Positions 1-11,603 of a stretch of DNA of 64,000 bases are shown here, in pieces. The notes under the pieces are model-generated. The model had not been told where the DNA came from, made no database searches, and saw only the letters and a list, made by a program, of their open reading frames with translations. The stretch lies in assembly GCA_027338645.1 (NCBI GenBank), contig DAHWSH010000011.1:130546-194545 (forward strand), given 5' to 3'. A program made the position numbers and the translations under genes. Origin of the DNA: Pseudomonadota bacterium (lineage in GTDB: Bacteria; Pseudomonadota; Gammaproteobacteria; JAKAQQ01). Every line of letters starts with the position of its first letter. Positions within the stretch are counted from its first letter, which is position 1.

Positions 1-501
1 CTTGTCGAACGCCTCCCCTGCTGCGTCGTCACGCGTCGCCCCGAGTAGCCGATAGCAACCCAAGCCCTCCACTTGGACAAGCTCCGTATGACCTCCTGAA
101 ACCAGAAGTGCCACAAAGGGGAGCTCGGGTGGATCCGGCCCAAGCCCGGCAGAAAAGAGGTGGGCTTCAAGATGATGGATGCCGATCAGGGGAATCCCTA
201 GGGCATAGGCCAAACCGCGCCCGAAGGCTTGACCCACGTGCAGTGCACCAGGTAATCCAGGACCCTGGGTGACGGCCAAAGCCAAGAGGTCGGCCGCGGA
301 TAGGCCCGCCTGTCCAAGCAGCCTCTCTACGAGCGGCAGGAGGTACCGGCCGTGATCCCGGGACGCCAACTCCGGCACCACCCCACCATAACGGGCGTGA
401 ATGGCCGTTTGGCTATGCACCAAATGAGCCTTGAACCCATCCCCGCCATAAAGCGCAACGGCTGTCTCGTCGCAGGAGGTTTCCAAGGCAAGAAGGTACA
501 C
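1..501 (-). CDS. tsaD: tRNA N6-adenosine threonylcarbamoyltransferase TsaD (5' part; runs off the window start)
   Basis: Manual translation from GTG at 501: (M)[16 protein letters not shown]...[12 protein letters not shown]...IHHLEAH. Divergent from rpsU, as in the conserved tsaD/rpsU-dnaG-rpoD locus. Not in the ORF track. Confidence 0.95.
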   Translation of the reverse strand, partial: MYLLALETSCDETAVALYGGDGFKAHLVHSQTAIHARYGGVVPELASRDHGRYLLPLVERLLGQAGLSAADLLALAVTQGPGLPGALHVGQAFGRGLAYALGIPLIGIHHLEAHLFSAGLGPDPPELPFVALLVSGGHTELVQVEGLGCYRLLGATRDDAAGEAFDK

Positions 502-509
502 GAGGGCTC

Positions 510-538
510 TTGGCTTCGTGGGTATTCTCGGGTAAAAT
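510..538 (+). promoter_or_regulatory. candidate sigma70 promoter for rpsU operon
   Basis: TTGGCT (510-515), 17-nt spacer, TAAAAT (533-538), upstream of rpsU. Confidence 0.5.
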
Positions 539-586
539 ACCACGTTCACCTTGAGCCAGCGCCAACCAGGAGAAAAACCGAGCCCC

Positions 587-802
587 ATGCCGACCATCCG
601 CGTCAAAGAAAACGAGCATTTCGACGCTGCCCTGCGGCGTTTCAAGCGAGCATGCGAAAAGGCCGGAATCCTCTCGGAACTCCGGCGCCGTGAGTTTTAC
701 GAGAAGCCGACCCAGGAACGCAAGCGGCGTCGTGCGGCTGCCGTCAAGCGCTATATCAAAAAAAATGCCCGTGACAGTGTACGGGCTCTGCGCGCGCACT
801 AA
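587..802 (+). CDS. rpsU: 30S ribosomal protein S21
   Basis: [42 protein letters not shown]; ATG at 587 downstream of AGGAG. Confidence 0.97.
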   Translation: MPTIRVKENEHFDAALRRFKRACEKAGILSELRRREFYEKPTQERKRRRAAAVKRYIKKNARDSVRALRAH

Positions 803-810
803 ATCCAGGC

Positions 811-1257
811 ATGTCTATCGCGTCTCAGCTGACCGACGATATCAAACAGGCACTGAAATCCCGGGATTCCCTCCGCCTGTCAACGCTTCGTTATGCCCTG
901 GCGGCCATCCGCCGTCGCGAGGTCGATGAAAGGAGGAGCCTCGAGGACACCGAAGTGATCCAAATCCTGACCAAACTCATCCACCAGCATGAAGAATCGG
1001 CAGAAGCTTTCCGAAAAGCCGGCCGTGAACCGCAAGCCCAGGCTGCAGAGGAGGAAATCCGGGTGGTTTCCTCCTACCTTCCACCCCGGCTGGAAAGAGC
1101 CGAACTCCTGGCTGTGATTGACCGGATCATTACTGAAACCCATGCCCAAAAGCCCCAAGATATCGGCCGCGTGATGGGCCGTCTCAAGGTGGAGCTCGCG
1201 GGCCGAGCCGATCTGGCCCAGGTCAGTGCCGAGGTCAAAACCCGGCTGACCGGCTAG
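811..1257 (+). CDS. GatB/YqeY domain protein
   Basis: 148 aa with YLPPRL and DIGRVMGRLKVELAGRAD; usual position between rpsU and dnaG. Confidence 0.9.
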   Translation: MSIASQLTDDIKQALKSRDSLRLSTLRYALAAIRRREVDERRSLEDTEVIQILTKLIHQHEESAEAFRKAGREPQAQAAEEEIRVVSSYLPPRLERAELLAVIDRIITETHAQKPQDIGRVMGRLKVELAGRADLAQVSAEVKTRLTG

Positions 1258-1283
1258 CCCTTCTCCTGCTTCTCTTTCAGGGA

Positions 1284-3005
1284 ATGAATCCAGGACGTAT
1301 CCCCCAGTCTTTCATTGACGATCTGCTAGCGCGGACCGACCTCGTGGCACTCGTGGGCGAAAGGGTCACACTCAAGAAAGCCGGCCGGGATTTCTCCGGC
1401 CGTTGTCCTTTCCACGAGGAACGGACACCGTCCTTCACGGTCAGTCCAGGAAAGCAGTTCTACCACTGTTTTGGTTGCGGAGCACATGGAAGTGCAATCG
1501 GTTTCCTCATGGCTTATGACCGCTCCAGTTTTCCGGAAGCGGTCGAGGCACTCGCTGCCCGTCTGGGACTCGAAATACCTGAACGTGCTGCGGCAGATAC
1601 GGATCCACTCCGCTCGGCTGCCCTCTCGTTGACCGAGGAAGTAACCCGCGAGTTTGAAGCCGCGCTTGCGGTTTCCGATACCGCCCGCGCCTATCTCGAT
1701 AAGCGCGGAGTCCATCCAGAGATGGCCCGCCGGTTCCGTCTGGGATATGCCCCCCCGGGCTCCCCACTTCTCAACCGATGGAAACTCGACGGTGAGCGAA
1801 CCCAACTCCTCAAACTTCTTGGCCTGGTATCCGAACGCTCAGATCGATTCCGCAACCGGCTCATGTTTCCGATCCGGAACCTACGCGGGGAAGTCATTGG
1901 ATTCGGGGGACGTACGTTGGACCAGGAAACCCCGAAATACCTGAACTCGCCGGAATCCCTCCTTTTCCACAAGGGACGGGAACTTTACGGGTGGTACGAA
2001 GCCCGTCAAATATCCGGACGACCCGACCGACTGATTCTGGTTGAAGGTTACCTGGATGCAATTGCCTTGTCGCAAGCGGGTTTCCCGGAAACCGTGGCCA
2101 CACTGGGGACCTCACTCACCACCGATCAGCTGCAAAAATTGGTTCGCCACACTCCGGAAATCATCTTCTGTTTTGATGGGGACGCCGCTGGCCGGCGTGC
2201 ATCGTACCGTACCCTCGAACTGGTTTTGCCCCTGGCCCGAGCCGGACGTCATTTCCGCTTTGTCGGTCTCCCCGCGAACCAGGACCCGGACAGCTTTGTC
2301 CGGGAAGAGGGCGCAGACGGGTTCCGTCTGCGTCTTGAGCGGGGGCACCAACTGTCGGAATCGGTACGATATGCTCTCGAGAAACGCTTCGCAGGAAACG
2401 GAGTGGAAGCCCGTGCCAGCCTGGCGGCAGAGGCCAAACGGCTTCTCCTACTGATCGAAGATCCCGTCTATCGCGAATTGTTACGGGAAGAGCTGGCCAA
2501 GTACTTCAAGCTGGGCCAAGTACTCCCCCAGCCAGCCTCCGAAGGACGGCCTGAGAGCACCCCCTCAAAAATGGGCTCGCGGATCCCAGTCGGACGCGGC
2601 GGAATTGTGCGACAACTGTTCCTACATCTCCTGCACCAACCCGACCTCATTGCCCTCCTCCCTGCCGAACCCGAACTCGAGGAGATTGGGCTACCGGGCC
2701 TTGAACATGTGAAAAACCTCCAATCCGCCGCCAAGAACCACGAAAATCTCACCACCGGCCATCTGCTTGAGATTTTCCGTGACAGCCCGACCGGTGCCCT
2801 CATAGAACGGTTACTCGGGCAGGCCCCTCTCCTCGATGCCGAGGCCAACCGGACCGAAACCTTGGGACTGATCGGGAGGATCCGGACACAAGCCACAACT
2901 CAAAGGCGCCTGAAGATCCTTCTCGAACTATCACGGACGAGAACCCTTTCGAGCAAAGAAAAAAAGGAAATTCAGCTACTTGAGTCGAAACTGAAGACTC
3001 CCTAG
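1284..3005 (+). CDS. dnaG: DNA primase
   Basis: Zn finger CPFHEERTPSF...HCFGC, PKYLNSPE, TOPRIM motifs VEGYLD and FDGDAAG. Confidence 0.97.
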   Translation: MNPGRIPQSFIDDLLARTDLVALVGERVTLKKAGRDFSGRCPFHEERTPSFTVSPGKQFYHCFGCGAHGSAIGFLMAYDRSSFPEAVEALAARLGLEIPERAAADTDPLRSAALSLTEEVTREFEAALAVSDTARAYLDKRGVHPEMARRFRLGYAPPGSPLLNRWKLDGERTQLLKLLGLVSERSDRFRNRLMFPIRNLRGEVIGFGGRTLDQETPKYLNSPESLLFHKGRELYGWYEARQISGRPDRLILVEGYLDAIALSQAGFPETVATLGTSLTTDQLQKLVRHTPEIIFCFDGDAAGRRASYRTLELVLPLARAGRHFRFVGLPANQDPDSFVREEGADGFRLRLERGHQLSESVRYALEKRFAGNGVEARASLAAEAKRLLLLIEDPVYRELLREELAKYFKLGQVLPQPASEGRPESTPSKMGSRIPVGRGGIVRQLFLHLLHQPDLIALLPAEPELEEIGLPGLEHVKNLQSAAKNHENLTTGHLLEIFRDSPTGALIERLLGQAPLLDAEANRTETLGLIGRIRTQATTQRRLKILLELSRTRTLSSKEKKEIQLLESKLKTP

Positions 3006-3121
3006 CCGCTCTAGGCCCGTGGCACTGGGCCCATGATCAGTCGAACCGGACGGATGGGTTATAATTAGCAGTTCCACCCGGCCACCGGGTTTGCCACCCC
3101 AACCTTCAGGTATCACCGCCC

Positions 3122-4993
3122 ATGAGTGAGAGTGAAGACCGGAACATCCAGCTCCGCCAGCTCATCGCCAAAGGCAAGGAGCAAGGCTATCTGACCTACA
3201 GCGAGGTCAACGATTTCCTGCCCCGGGACATTGTCGACGCTGAACAACTGGATGAAATTATTTCAGTTATCAATGATATGGGAATCATGGTCCATGATTC
3301 CCCCCCCGACGCAGCTCTCGAACTCCTCCTCCTGTCAGACCATCAAGTCAACGAGGACGACGAGGCCATGGAAGAGGCGGCTGCCGCATTGGCTTCGGTC
3401 GATTCAGCATACGGCAGAACCACCGATCCCGTTCGCATGTATATGCGCGAGATGGGCCAGGTCGATCTCTTGACCCGCGAGGGTGAAATCGGAATTGCCA
3501 AACGCATCGAGGAAGGTCTGAACCAGAAATACGCAGCCCTCGCCACATTTCCCGGAGCGATCAGCCGCTTCATCGAGGAATACCAGCAGGTCGAAGCGGG
3601 CCAGATCAAGCTCGGAGAATTGATCCAGGGATTTCGGGACCCCGTAAGCGGCGCTCCTCTATCCGACGATCATGCGGAACCTATTGCACTCATGGAGATC
3701 GGTGCTGAAACTGCCGGCCCTAGTGAAGAAACGGACGAGGAAGACCTGGATCCGGGTGTCTCGGAAGATGATCTTCCGGTCCTGGGTCCCAACCCAGAGC
3801 TGGCTGCGGAAATGGTCCGTGTGCTCGAAAAAGCCCATCTCCGATCCTCCCGCGCATTGACCAAGAAGCGCGATGAACGCTCCCTACGGACACTCGCCCA
3901 AACCGCGCTCGAACTGCAGCGCTTGCGACTCACTCCTAGAACCATGGATCTCCTAACACGCACCCTGAAGGAAACCATCAATACGATCCGCCAGATCGAG
4001 CGGGAGATCATGCGGTTTTGTGTCGACCAAGCAGGCATGCCCAAACGAGATTTTATCAAGACGTTCCCGCAGCGTGAAACCGCGCTCAACTGGATCGATC
4101 CCCATATCCGTGCCAAGCGAAAATGGTCGGCGGCTCTGCGAGAAGTCCGTCCTGAAGTCCACAAGCTCCAGGAACTATTGATCGCTCTGGAAGAGACCCA
4201 TCACCTCAAGATTGCCGATATCAAGGAAATTTACCGGCAGATGATGATGGGCGAAACCAGGGCTCGGCGGGCTAAAAAGGAAATGGTCGAAGCCAACCTG
4301 CGTCTTGTGATTTCGATTGCAAAAAAGTACACCAACCGCGGGCTCCAGTTTCTAGACCTGATTCAGGAAGGCAATATCGGACTGATGAAGGCGGTCGACA
4401 AATTTGAGTACCGTCGTGGCTACAAATTTTCGACCTACGCGACTTGGTGGATTCGTCAGGCTATCACGCGGTCCATCGCGGACCAGGCCCGGACGATCCG
4501 TATCCCGGTTCACATGATCGAGACGATTAACAAACTCAACCGGATTTCCCGCCAGTTGCTGCAAGAAAAAGGGCGCGAACCCACCCCGGAAGAGTTGGCT
4601 AAACGCATGGATATGCCGGAAGACAAGGTTCGAAAAGTCATGCGAATTGCCAAGGAGCCGATCTCTATGGAAACCCCGGTGAGTGATGATGAAGACTCCC
4701 ACCTTGGGGATTTCATTGAGGATGTCAATATGCCAGCCCCGATCGAGCAGGCGACCACGGACAGCCTTCGAAACACGACCCACTCCGTGCTAGCCACCCT
4801 GACCCCGCGCGAAGCCAAGGTGCTCCGGATGCGCTTCGGAATCGACATGAACACCGACCATACCCTCGAGGAAGTGGGGCGGCAATTCGATGTCACGCGC
4901 GAGCGGATCCGGCAGATCGAAGCCAAGGCACTCCGGAAACTCAGACATCCCTCGCGGGCATCGCGCCTCAAAAGCTTCATCGAGGAGTTTTGA
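3122..4993 (+). CDS. rpoD: RNA polymerase sigma-70 factor
   Basis: [75 protein letters not shown]. Confidence 0.98.
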   Translation: MSESEDRNIQLRQLIAKGKEQGYLTYSEVNDFLPRDIVDAEQLDEIISVINDMGIMVHDSPPDAALELLLLSDHQVNEDDEAMEEAAAALASVDSAYGRTTDPVRMYMREMGQVDLLTREGEIGIAKRIEEGLNQKYAALATFPGAISRFIEEYQQVEAGQIKLGELIQGFRDPVSGAPLSDDHAEPIALMEIGAETAGPSEETDEEDLDPGVSEDDLPVLGPNPELAAEMVRVLEKAHLRSSRALTKKRDERSLRTLAQTALELQRLRLTPRTMDLLTRTLKETINTIRQIEREIMRFCVDQAGMPKRDFIKTFPQRETALNWIDPHIRAKRKWSAALREVRPEVHKLQELLIALEETHHLKIADIKEIYRQMMMGETRARRAKKEMVEANLRLVISIAKKYTNRGLQFLDLIQEGNIGLMKAVDKFEYRRGYKFSTYATWWIRQAITRSIADQARTIRIPVHMIETINKLNRISRQLLQEKGREPTPEELAKRMDMPEDKVRKVMRIAKEPISMETPVSDDEDSHLGDFIEDVNMPAPIEQATTDSLRNTTHSVLATLTPREAKVLRMRFGIDMNTDHTLEEVGRQFDVTRERIRQIEAKALRKLRHPSRASRLKSFIEEF

Positions 4994-5027
4994 GACTGAC
5001 CTTTCCGGTTCGCCTGGAGGCTGCTTC

Positions 5028-5696
5028 ACGAACCCTGATCATCAGACCGGAAATCTCTTCCCTTCGACGGGGGATACCCGGCCTAAATCTCTCGCCATAC
5101 AGGAAGGCGCCGTCCTGTTTCCAGGTCGGGCCTTGAACCTCGAAGATACCCTGATGGACGAAGTCCATACGATCCTGTCACGGGCCCCGTTCCGGTGCAT
5201 GGAAACACCCGGAGGACGACGCATGTCGGTCATCATGAGCAACTGCGGCACAACCGGCTGGACCAGTGACCAGAGGGGCTACCGGTACGTAGACCGGGAT
5301 CCGCTAACCGGCAAGCCATGGCCCCTTCTGCCGGAAACCTTCCGGGAGCTGGCCGAAGGGGCAGCGGACTGTGCGGGGTTCCCCGGCTTTTACCCCGATG
5401 TCTGCCTCATCAATGGCTACCGGCCAGGCAGCCAACTCTCACTCCACCAGGATCGTGACGAACAGGACGGATCCGCACCGATCGTCTCGATCTCTCTCGG
5501 GCTACCCGCGACCTTCCTCTTCGGTGGTTCACGGCGAAATGATCCGGTGCTGCGCATCCCCCTCTACCATGGGGACATCTTGGTTTGGGGAGGTCCTTCA
5601 CGGTATGCTTTCCACGGCATCGCCCGGCTGGCCTCTGGTCACCATCCCTTGACCGGACCCATGCGCCTTAACCTGACCTTCCGAAAGGCACTTTGA
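5028..5696 (+). CDS. alkB: alpha-ketoglutarate-dependent dioxygenase AlkB (start uncertain)
   Basis: TPGGRRMSV, GWTSDQRGYRY, LHQDRDE (HxD), FHGI, RLNLTFR. Start could be ACG 5028, TTG 5133, ATG 5154, or ATG 4890 inside rpoD. Confidence 0.9.
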   Translation, partial: TNPDHQTGNLFPSTGDTRPKSLAIQEGAVLFPGRALNLEDTLMDEVHTILSRAPFRCMETPGGRRMSVIMSNCGTTGWTSDQRGYRYVDRDPLTGKPWPLLPETFRELAEGAADCAGFPGFYPDVCLINGYRPGSQLSLHQDRDEQDGSAPIVSISLGLPATFLFGGSRRNDPVLRIPLYHGDILVWGGPSRYAFHGIARLASGHHPLTGPMRLNLTFRKAL

Positions 5697-5770
5697 CTGC
5701 GGACCCGCGCACCTCTGTGGGTGATCCTCTAGGGGGCCCGATATTTTAGCGGGTTTGCCGGATACTCAAA

Positions 5771-7015
5771 CTAAAACAGGAAGCCCGTTTCGAAAAGGAT
5801 ACGGGCCTGGTTCGCGCTGTTCCCGTGAGAACCGAAAACGTCACCCGGCACTCCATCCAGAACACGAACGAAGGAAAACTCGGCCCGGGCAAAAAATCCC
5901 CCATCCTGCCAGGTGGGCGTGAAAGTCAGGGACCAGGCCTGACTTCCGGGACCATACAGGAGATTCGCAGCTCCATCCTGGGCATTCCCAGTGCTGGCGA
6001 TATACTCGACACGCCCAGCCAGAGAAAACCCAGAGGCAATCCGCTTGCTCGCAAGCAGGGCAACCCCACGGGTTGCGGTTCCCCTGCGAATACCGATCAA
6101 TGGATCCACCGGAACGAATGTGTACTGGAAATAGGGTTGGATGACCCAGGATCCCGAGCTATACGTATAAAGCAGGCTATAGAGGCCGCTATTGTTCTGG
6201 TCTAGTGGAGTCGCCGGACTGGAATAATCCGTTCGGCCGACATGGCCCATCGCGACAAAACTCAGGCTACTCGCCGGATTGATGGTGTAGGAGAGCGCTC
6301 CCGAAATCCAGTTGTATCGGTTCGAATAAAACCCGTCTCCCCATTGTAGTGACGCGGCGAAGGGTCCCACATTGTAGTTGAGCTGGACTCCGCGTTCGAT
6401 CGCGTTCTCCTGGTTCCAGAGCAGGCCGCGCTCAATATTCATATTTTCAAAGCTAAAGGTGTACTCGGCGCCGATTAACGTTGGCAGCTTTCCGGCTTCG
6501 ATTGAGAAATTCCGAGACGGAACGACTTTCATGAAAGCCTGCGGAAGGGCTCCGTAATACTCGCTGACCGTATTACCCGTGGAAAGAAGTGGTGTCCCAA
6601 GCGCAGGCAAATTGTACGCGCCCGCCTGAAGAAAGAATTGGACCCAGCCATGGGTCTTCTGGATAAAAATCTGGGCATTACTGATATCGGCACGAAATGA
6701 CTGATCGCCCGGAACCGTATGGTTCTGCCAGGCACCGAGACCACTCATGACCCCTGTGATGTCGAGCTGGCCGAGAGGTCCTGCACTAAAACGGAATGGA
6801 GCCAGTGAGGTCAGAGGACCACTCATCGCAGGCATGGGTAATGGGGACGCGGAGGTACGTGAAGCCCAAGTCAGACTTCCCATCAACAATATGGACAGGA
6901 TCCTGCACCAGCTGGGGCAACGCCTGACTCCGCTGCATACACGTGCGGTCATGGACGCCCCGAGGGCAATTTGGACATCGGGATCTCCCCCCTTGGCAGG
7001 TTTCTGTGAATCCAA
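5771..7015 (-). CDS. outer-membrane beta-barrel protein (putative porin, BBP2-like) at the end of the kdp operon; true start probably downstream
   Basis: Signal-like segment LSILLMGSLTWASRTSA, amphipathic beta strands, GKLPTLIGAEY motif, C-terminal Phe (FETGFLF); co-directional with kdpC. Confidence 0.7.
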   Translation of the reverse strand: MDSQKPAKGGDPDVQIALGASMTARVCSGVRRCPSWCRILSILLMGSLTWASRTSASPLPMPAMSGPLTSLAPFRFSAGPLGQLDITGVMSGLGAWQNHTVPGDQSFRADISNAQIFIQKTHGWVQFFLQAGAYNLPALGTPLLSTGNTVSEYYGALPQAFMKVVPSRNFSIEAGKLPTLIGAEYTFSFENMNIERGLLWNQENAIERGVQLNYNVGPFAASLQWGDGFYSNRYNWISGALSYTINPASSLSFVAMGHVGRTDYSSPATPLDQNNSGLYSLLYTYSSGSWVIQPYFQYTFVPVDPLIGIRRGTATRGVALLASKRIASGFSLAGRVEYIASTGNAQDGAANLLYGPGSQAWSLTFTPTWQDGGFFARAEFSFVRVLDGVPGDVFGSHGNSANQARILFETGFLF

Positions 7016-7045
7016 ACCCTGATGACGGTTGAGTACCGGTCGAAC

Positions 7046-7666
7046 TTATCTCAACCCACCCAATGGCAGGCCTCCCCCATTAGGCGGTTCCGAGGAATAA
7101 ATCCGGTATAGGGCCAAGTTGAGCCGAACGACGTCCACGACCTGCTCTCCGGTGATCCCTCCAAAGGGCTCGACCATATGGCTCCGAATCAGCCCCCGCA
7201 CGACAATTGGAGAGATCCCACCCGTACGCGCGACTCGGGGCAACTGATAGAGTGCCGCCGCAAGGCTGATATCCGGATCAAGACCACTCCCAGAAGAAGT
7301 CACGAGATCGATAGGAATCGACTCTTGAATTCCGGGATCCGCCCTCCGGAGACGCCTGATCCGATCCTCGACGTGCTTCACGAGCTCAGGATTGTCCGGC
7401 CCCAGATTGGACGCGCCTGAAGCAGCAGCGTTATCGGGAAAGTATGGGGTCGCGGAAGGTCGCCCCCAGAAGTAGCGTCGCCCGTGAAAATACTGACCGA
7501 TCAGTGCGGATCCCACAATCTGCCCATGGATCCTGACCAGGGAGCCGTTGACCTGGTGAGGAAATACGGTTTGCCCGATTCCGGTCATAGCCAATGGGTA
7601 GATGCAACCGGTCAGCCCGGTGAGGAAGAGGAAAAGCAACAGGGAGGACTTGAAATCTTTGAGCAT
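7046..7666 (-). CDS. kdpC: potassium-transporting ATPase subunit C
   Basis: GSALIGQ, YFWGRPSA, SGASNLGP, PIDLVTSSGSGLDPDIS. Confidence 0.96.
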   Translation of the reverse strand: MLKDFKSSLLLFLFLTGLTGCIYPLAMTGIGQTVFPHQVNGSLVRIHGQIVGSALIGQYFHGRRYFWGRPSATPYFPDNAAASGASNLGPDNPELVKHVEDRIRRLRRADPGIQESIPIDLVTSSGSGLDPDISLAAALYQLPRVARTGGISPIVVRGLIRSHMVEPFGGITGEQVVDVVRLNLALYRIYSSEPPNGGGLPLGGLR

Positions 7667-7680
7667 GAACGATCGTCTCC

Positions 7681-9747
7681 TTAGAGGAGTGTCAGCAACA
7701 GATCAATCAGCTTGATGCCGATAAACGGGGCGATGATTCCCCCCAGACCGTAGATCCAGACGTTACGCCGGAGAATGCGCTGGGCAGAATCCGCCCTAAA
7801 CTTGATCCCCTTCAGCGCCAAAGGGATCAGCAGGGGAATGATGAGGGCATTGAAAATCACTGCAGCCAAGATCGCGTGTTGGGGTGAACTCAAGTCCATG
7901 ATGTTGAGCGCTTCCAGTTGAGGGTAGATGGATACAAACGCAGCCGGGATAATGGCAAAATATTTGGCCACATCATTGGCTACGCTGAATGTGGTGAGGG
8001 CACCCCGAGTCATTAGGAGCTGCTTCCCGATCTGGACGATTTCGAGAAGCTTCGTCGGGTTTGAATCCAAGTCCACCATGTTGGCCGCCTCGCGGGCGGC
8101 TTGGGTACCACTGGCCATGCACAACCCGACATCGGCCTGGGCCAATGCTGGCGCGTCATTGGTCCCGTCGCCGGTCATGGCCAGCATATAGCCCTCTCCC
8201 TGATACTTCCGAATACAGGATAGCTTGGTCTCTGGCTTGGCCTCCGCGAGGAAGTCATCCACACCGGCTTCTGCGGCAATGGAGGCAGCTGTTAGGGGAT
8301 TATCCCCCGTGATCATGATCGTGCGGATCCCCATTTCACGTAACTCGGCAAAGCGTGCCTTGATGTCACCCTTGACGATATCCTTGAGCTCCACGACTCC
8401 CAAGCTTTGCTGATTTTCGCAAACCACGAGCGGGGTCGCACCCCGACTGGCAATTTTCTCAATACTGACGGCCAGATCATCAGGCCAGGATCCCTCCTGT
8501 AAGTTTACCCATGCCCTCATCGCATCTGGCGCGCCCTTGCGTAGTCGGACCCCTGCCCAGTCCACCCCGCTCATGCGGGATTCCGCACTGAACGCAATCT
8601 GCTTCGCATTGTCCGGTAACGGATCTTCGTGACCAGGAAATTTCCCGTGCGCCAGGGCTACAATGCTTTTCCCCTCCGGAGTATCATCCGCCACTGAGGC
8701 CCGTCTCGCTGCGGTGGCCAACCGCTCCTCGGTGACACCATCAACGGGGTGAAATGCAGTGGCTTCTCGATTGCCAAAGGTAATGGTTCCTGTCTTGTCG
8801 AGCAGCAGGATGTCGACATCCCCGGCTGCTTCGATCGAACGTCCAGATGTGGCGACGACATTAGCGCGTAACAATCGCATGATTCCAGCTATCCCAATCG
8901 CGGGGAGAAGAGCGCCAATAGTCGTCGGGATGAGACAAACCAAGAGCGCAACCAAAACGGTAATACTGATGACCTGGCCTGAATGGGCCGCATAGTGAAC
9001 GCTGTACCAAGAGAAGGGGTAGAGACTCAGCGTCACCACCAGAAACACGAGGGTCAAAACGGCTAGAAGGATGCTCAGCGCAATTTCATTGGGCGTCTTG
9101 CGGCGTGAGGCACCCTCCACCATGGCGATCATTCGGTCCAAGAAGGAATTCCCTGACTCTCCAGTCACTCGAACGATTAGCCAGTCGGAAATCACGCGTG
9201 TACCGCCGGTTACGGCGCTGTGATCTCCTCCCCCTTCACGAATCACCGGGGCGCTTTCACCGGTGATTGCGCTCTCATCCACGGCAGCCACGCCCAGCAC
9301 GGCCTCTCCATCAGCAGGGAGAATATCACCTGCCTCGACGAGTATGAAATCCCCTTTTTTCAGGCTGGCTCCTGCAACTTCCTGGCGAGACGCCCCCAAG
9401 GCGGGTTGAGTGAGCTTCTTGGCCCGTACTTCCTGCCGGGCCTGCCTCAGACTGTTAGCCTGTGCCTGACCTTGCCGTTCAGCCAGAGCCTCGGCAAAAT
9501 TGGCAAACAAAAGGGTCAACCACAACCAGAGGTCGATGACGCCAGTGAACAGGGCCGTGGAGGAATGTCCTCCGAGATCACGAATAAAAAGCGCAAAAAG
9601 CAGCCAAGAGCCGATATAGACGACGAACATCACCGGGTTGTGCCACTGCTTCCAAGGGGTCAGCATGCGTACACTATCGGCCAAAGCTACCCGGATTTGC
9701 GGTTTCCAGTCCATTCGTGTATTCTGCTCAGTTCGCATTGAATTCAT
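7681..9747 (-). CDS. kdpB: potassium-transporting ATPase subunit B (P-type ATPase)
   Basis: [39 protein letters not shown]. Confidence 0.98.
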   Translation of the reverse strand: MNSMRTEQNTRMDWKPQIRVALADSVRMLTPWKQWHNPVMFVVYIGSWLLFALFIRDLGGHSSTALFTGVIDLWLWLTLLFANFAEALAERQGQAQANSLRQARQEVRAKKLTQPALGASRQEVAGASLKKGDFILVEAGDILPADGEAVLGVAAVDESAITGESAPVIREGGGDHSAVTGGTRVISDWLIVRVTGESGNSFLDRMIAMVEGASRRKTPNEIALSILLAVLTLVFLVVTLSLYPFSWYSVHYAAHSGQVISITVLVALLVCLIPTTIGALLPAIGIAGIMRLLRANVVATSGRSIEAAGDVDILLLDKTGTITFGNREATAFHPVDGVTEERLATAARRASVADDTPEGKSIVALAHGKFPGHEDPLPDNAKQIAFSAESRMSGVDWAGVRLRKGAPDAMRAWVNLQEGSWPDDLAVSIEKIASRGATPLVVCENQQSLGVVELKDIVKGDIKARFAELREMGIRTIMITGDNPLTAASIAAEAGVDDFLAEAKPETKLSCIRKYQGEGYMLAMTGDGTNDAPALAQADVGLCMASGTQAAREAANMVDLDSNPTKLLEIVQIGKQLLMTRGALTTFSVANDVAKYFAIIPAAFVSIYPQLEALNIMDLSSPQHAILAAVIFNALIIPLLIPLALKGIKFRADSAQRILRRNVWIYGLGGIIAPFIGIKLIDLLLTLL

Positions 9748-9756
9748 CGACTAACC

Positions 9757-11514
9757 TCATCGAATCAGGAAGTGAGCTGCCATCGGCGCCAGCTGTTCCG
9801 CAATCGGCCCCAGTGCCAGAGCGGGGAAAAAATTGAGCGCACCAAACAGAAGAACCACCCCCACCAGCAAGCTGATAAAAATAGGAGTGTGGGTCACGAG
9901 GGTCCCTGAACCCACCGGCACTTTCTGCTTTTTAGCCAGGGAGCCAGCCATCGCCAGCAGGGGTAGGTAGGACCAATATCGCCCGATCAGCATGCAAAAA
10001 CCGGTGAGCAGATTATAGAACCGCGTATCATTGCTGAGACCACCGAAGGCACTGCCATTATTGTTGGCTGGACTGGTAATCGCGTACAGCACTTCACTAA
10101 ATCCATGGGCCCCCGGATTGAGCACTCCGGCGCGACCCGCTGCCGTAGCCACGGCAATTGCGGTTCCAACCAGAACCAAAAGCGGCATGACCAGAATCGA
10201 CAATGAGGCCATCTTGGTTTCGAAGGACTCGATTTTTTTACCGAGGAATTCCGGTGTTCGTCCCACCATCAACCCACCCAGAAAAACCGCGAAAATCATG
10301 AAAGCCAACATGGTCGCAAGTCCAGTTCCGACGCCACCGAAAACCGTCTCTCCCATTTGCATGAAGAAAAGGTTGATTCCACCGGACAACGGCATCAGGG
10401 AGTCATAGGCAGAGTTGGCAGCCCCTGTAGACGTTGCGGTTGCAATGCTTGCAAACAGAGCGGACCCACCGGCTCCGAAGCGATCCTCCACACCCTCCAG
10501 GTTTCCTCCTCCGGCCAGGGACGGGCGATTCGCTTGCGAAACATGCAAGGCAGCCAGTCGCGGATTGCCGGCGAGTTCAAAATGCTCACTGGTCAGGGTC
10601 AGGGGGACAAATAAAACCAGCATGGCTACGAGAATGGCCCAGGCGGTGCGTCGCGACTTGACCATGTAACCGAACAGAAAAATCAGTCCCGTTGGAATCA
10701 GGATCATGGCCACCATTTGCAGTAAGTTGGTGAGCGCCGTTGGGTTTTCAAACGGATGAGCGGCATTGGCGTTAAAAAATCCGCCCCCGTTGTTCCCGAG
10801 CATCATGATTGCTTCCTGAGAGGCCACTGGTCCCAGCGCAATCACCTGATGAAAAATCTTCCGTCCGTGCCAGTCAAAAGGATCAATCAAGTGAGCATGA
10901 ATGTAAGGTGCCAGTGTCTGCACAACACCCTGTCCCATGAGAATGAGTCCCAATAAGACGGATAACGGCATGAGCACGTAGAGTATGGTGCGGGTCAGGT
11001 CCACCCAGAAATTCCCCAACCGATCTGTTTTCTCACGGGCCAGACCCCGGATGATGGGTAAAACCAAGGTGATTCCTACTGCCGCTGATAAAAAGTTCTG
11101 AACGGTCAAGCCCATCATCTGGGCGAGATACCCTAAAGTGGATTCTCCGGCGTAATCCTGCCAGTTGGTATTGGTCAAAAAACTGACAGCCGTATTGAAA
11201 GCAGATCCCGTCGGTAGCCCCTGGAAGTGCTCTGGATTCAACGGAAGAAAGCCCTGCACGAGGAGCAAGCCATACAGGAAAAGCCCGCCTAGAAAGTTGA
11301 ACATCAGGAGGGTAATGGCATAACGCTTCCAGTCCATTTCCTCTGTCTGACAAATTCCAGCCGCCTTGTACAGGAGATTTTCAACTGGACCCAGTATTTG
11401 CCTGGCCCAAAACAGCTCGTCAGAATAAACCCGGTGCAGGTAACGCCCCAGTGGCATAGCCAGCGCAATGGTGATGACCAGCACCATTACGGTCAGTACA
11501 ATAGCATGCATCAT
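9757..11514 (-). CDS. kdpA: potassium-transporting ATPase subunit A
   Basis: SFLTNTNWQ, NGGGFFNANAAHPFENPT, GLMVGRTPEFLGKKIE, NNGSAF. Confidence 0.97.
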   Translation of the reverse strand: MMHAIVLTVMVLVITIALAMPLGRYLHRVYSDELFWARQILGPVENLLYKAAGICQTEEMDWKRYAITLLMFNFLGGLFLYGLLLVQGFLPLNPEHFQGLPTGSAFNTAVSFLTNTNWQDYAGESTLGYLAQMMGLTVQNFLSAAVGITLVLPIIRGLAREKTDRLGNFWVDLTRTILYVLMPLSVLLGLILMGQGVVQTLAPYIHAHLIDPFDWHGRKIFHQVIALGPVASQEAIMMLGNNGGGFFNANAAHPFENPTALTNLLQMVAMILIPTGLIFLFGYMVKSRRTAWAILVAMLVLFVPLTLTSEHFELAGNPRLAALHVSQANRPSLAGGGNLEGVEDRFGAGGSALFASIATATSTGAANSAYDSLMPLSGGINLFFMQMGETVFGGVGTGLATMLAFMIFAVFLGGLMVGRTPEFLGKKIESFETKMASLSILVMPLLVLVGTAIAVATAAGRAGVLNPGAHGFSEVLYAITSPANNNGSAFGGLSNDTRFYNLLTGFCMLIGRYWSYLPLLAMAGSLAKKQKVPVGSGTLVTHTPIFISLLVGVVLLFGALNFFPALALGPIAEQLAPMAAHFLIR

Positions 11515-11603
11515 AGAAAACGCTCCGGATCAATCAGGAAAACCAGAAGGTAAATGCACAGTCCAATGCCAATGACCAAGCTGATCCAGGCAAAGAGCCT
11601 CAT
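11511..11603 (-). CDS. kdpF: KdpF small membrane subunit
   Basis: MRLFAWISLVIGIGLCIYLLVFLIDPERFL (30 aa, YL...L..PERF signature); RBS GAGGAG; stop overlaps the kdpA start. Confidence 0.9.
   Translation of the reverse strand: MRLFAWISLVIGIGLCIYLLVFLIDPERFL

Noticed and set aside
5716-5730. TGTGGGTG as the opposite Tn7 end enclosing the kdp operon
   Set aside because: Lacks GAC at positions 9-11, has no repeated TnsB-like sites, and the flank ACCTC does not match the predicted CCACA duplication.
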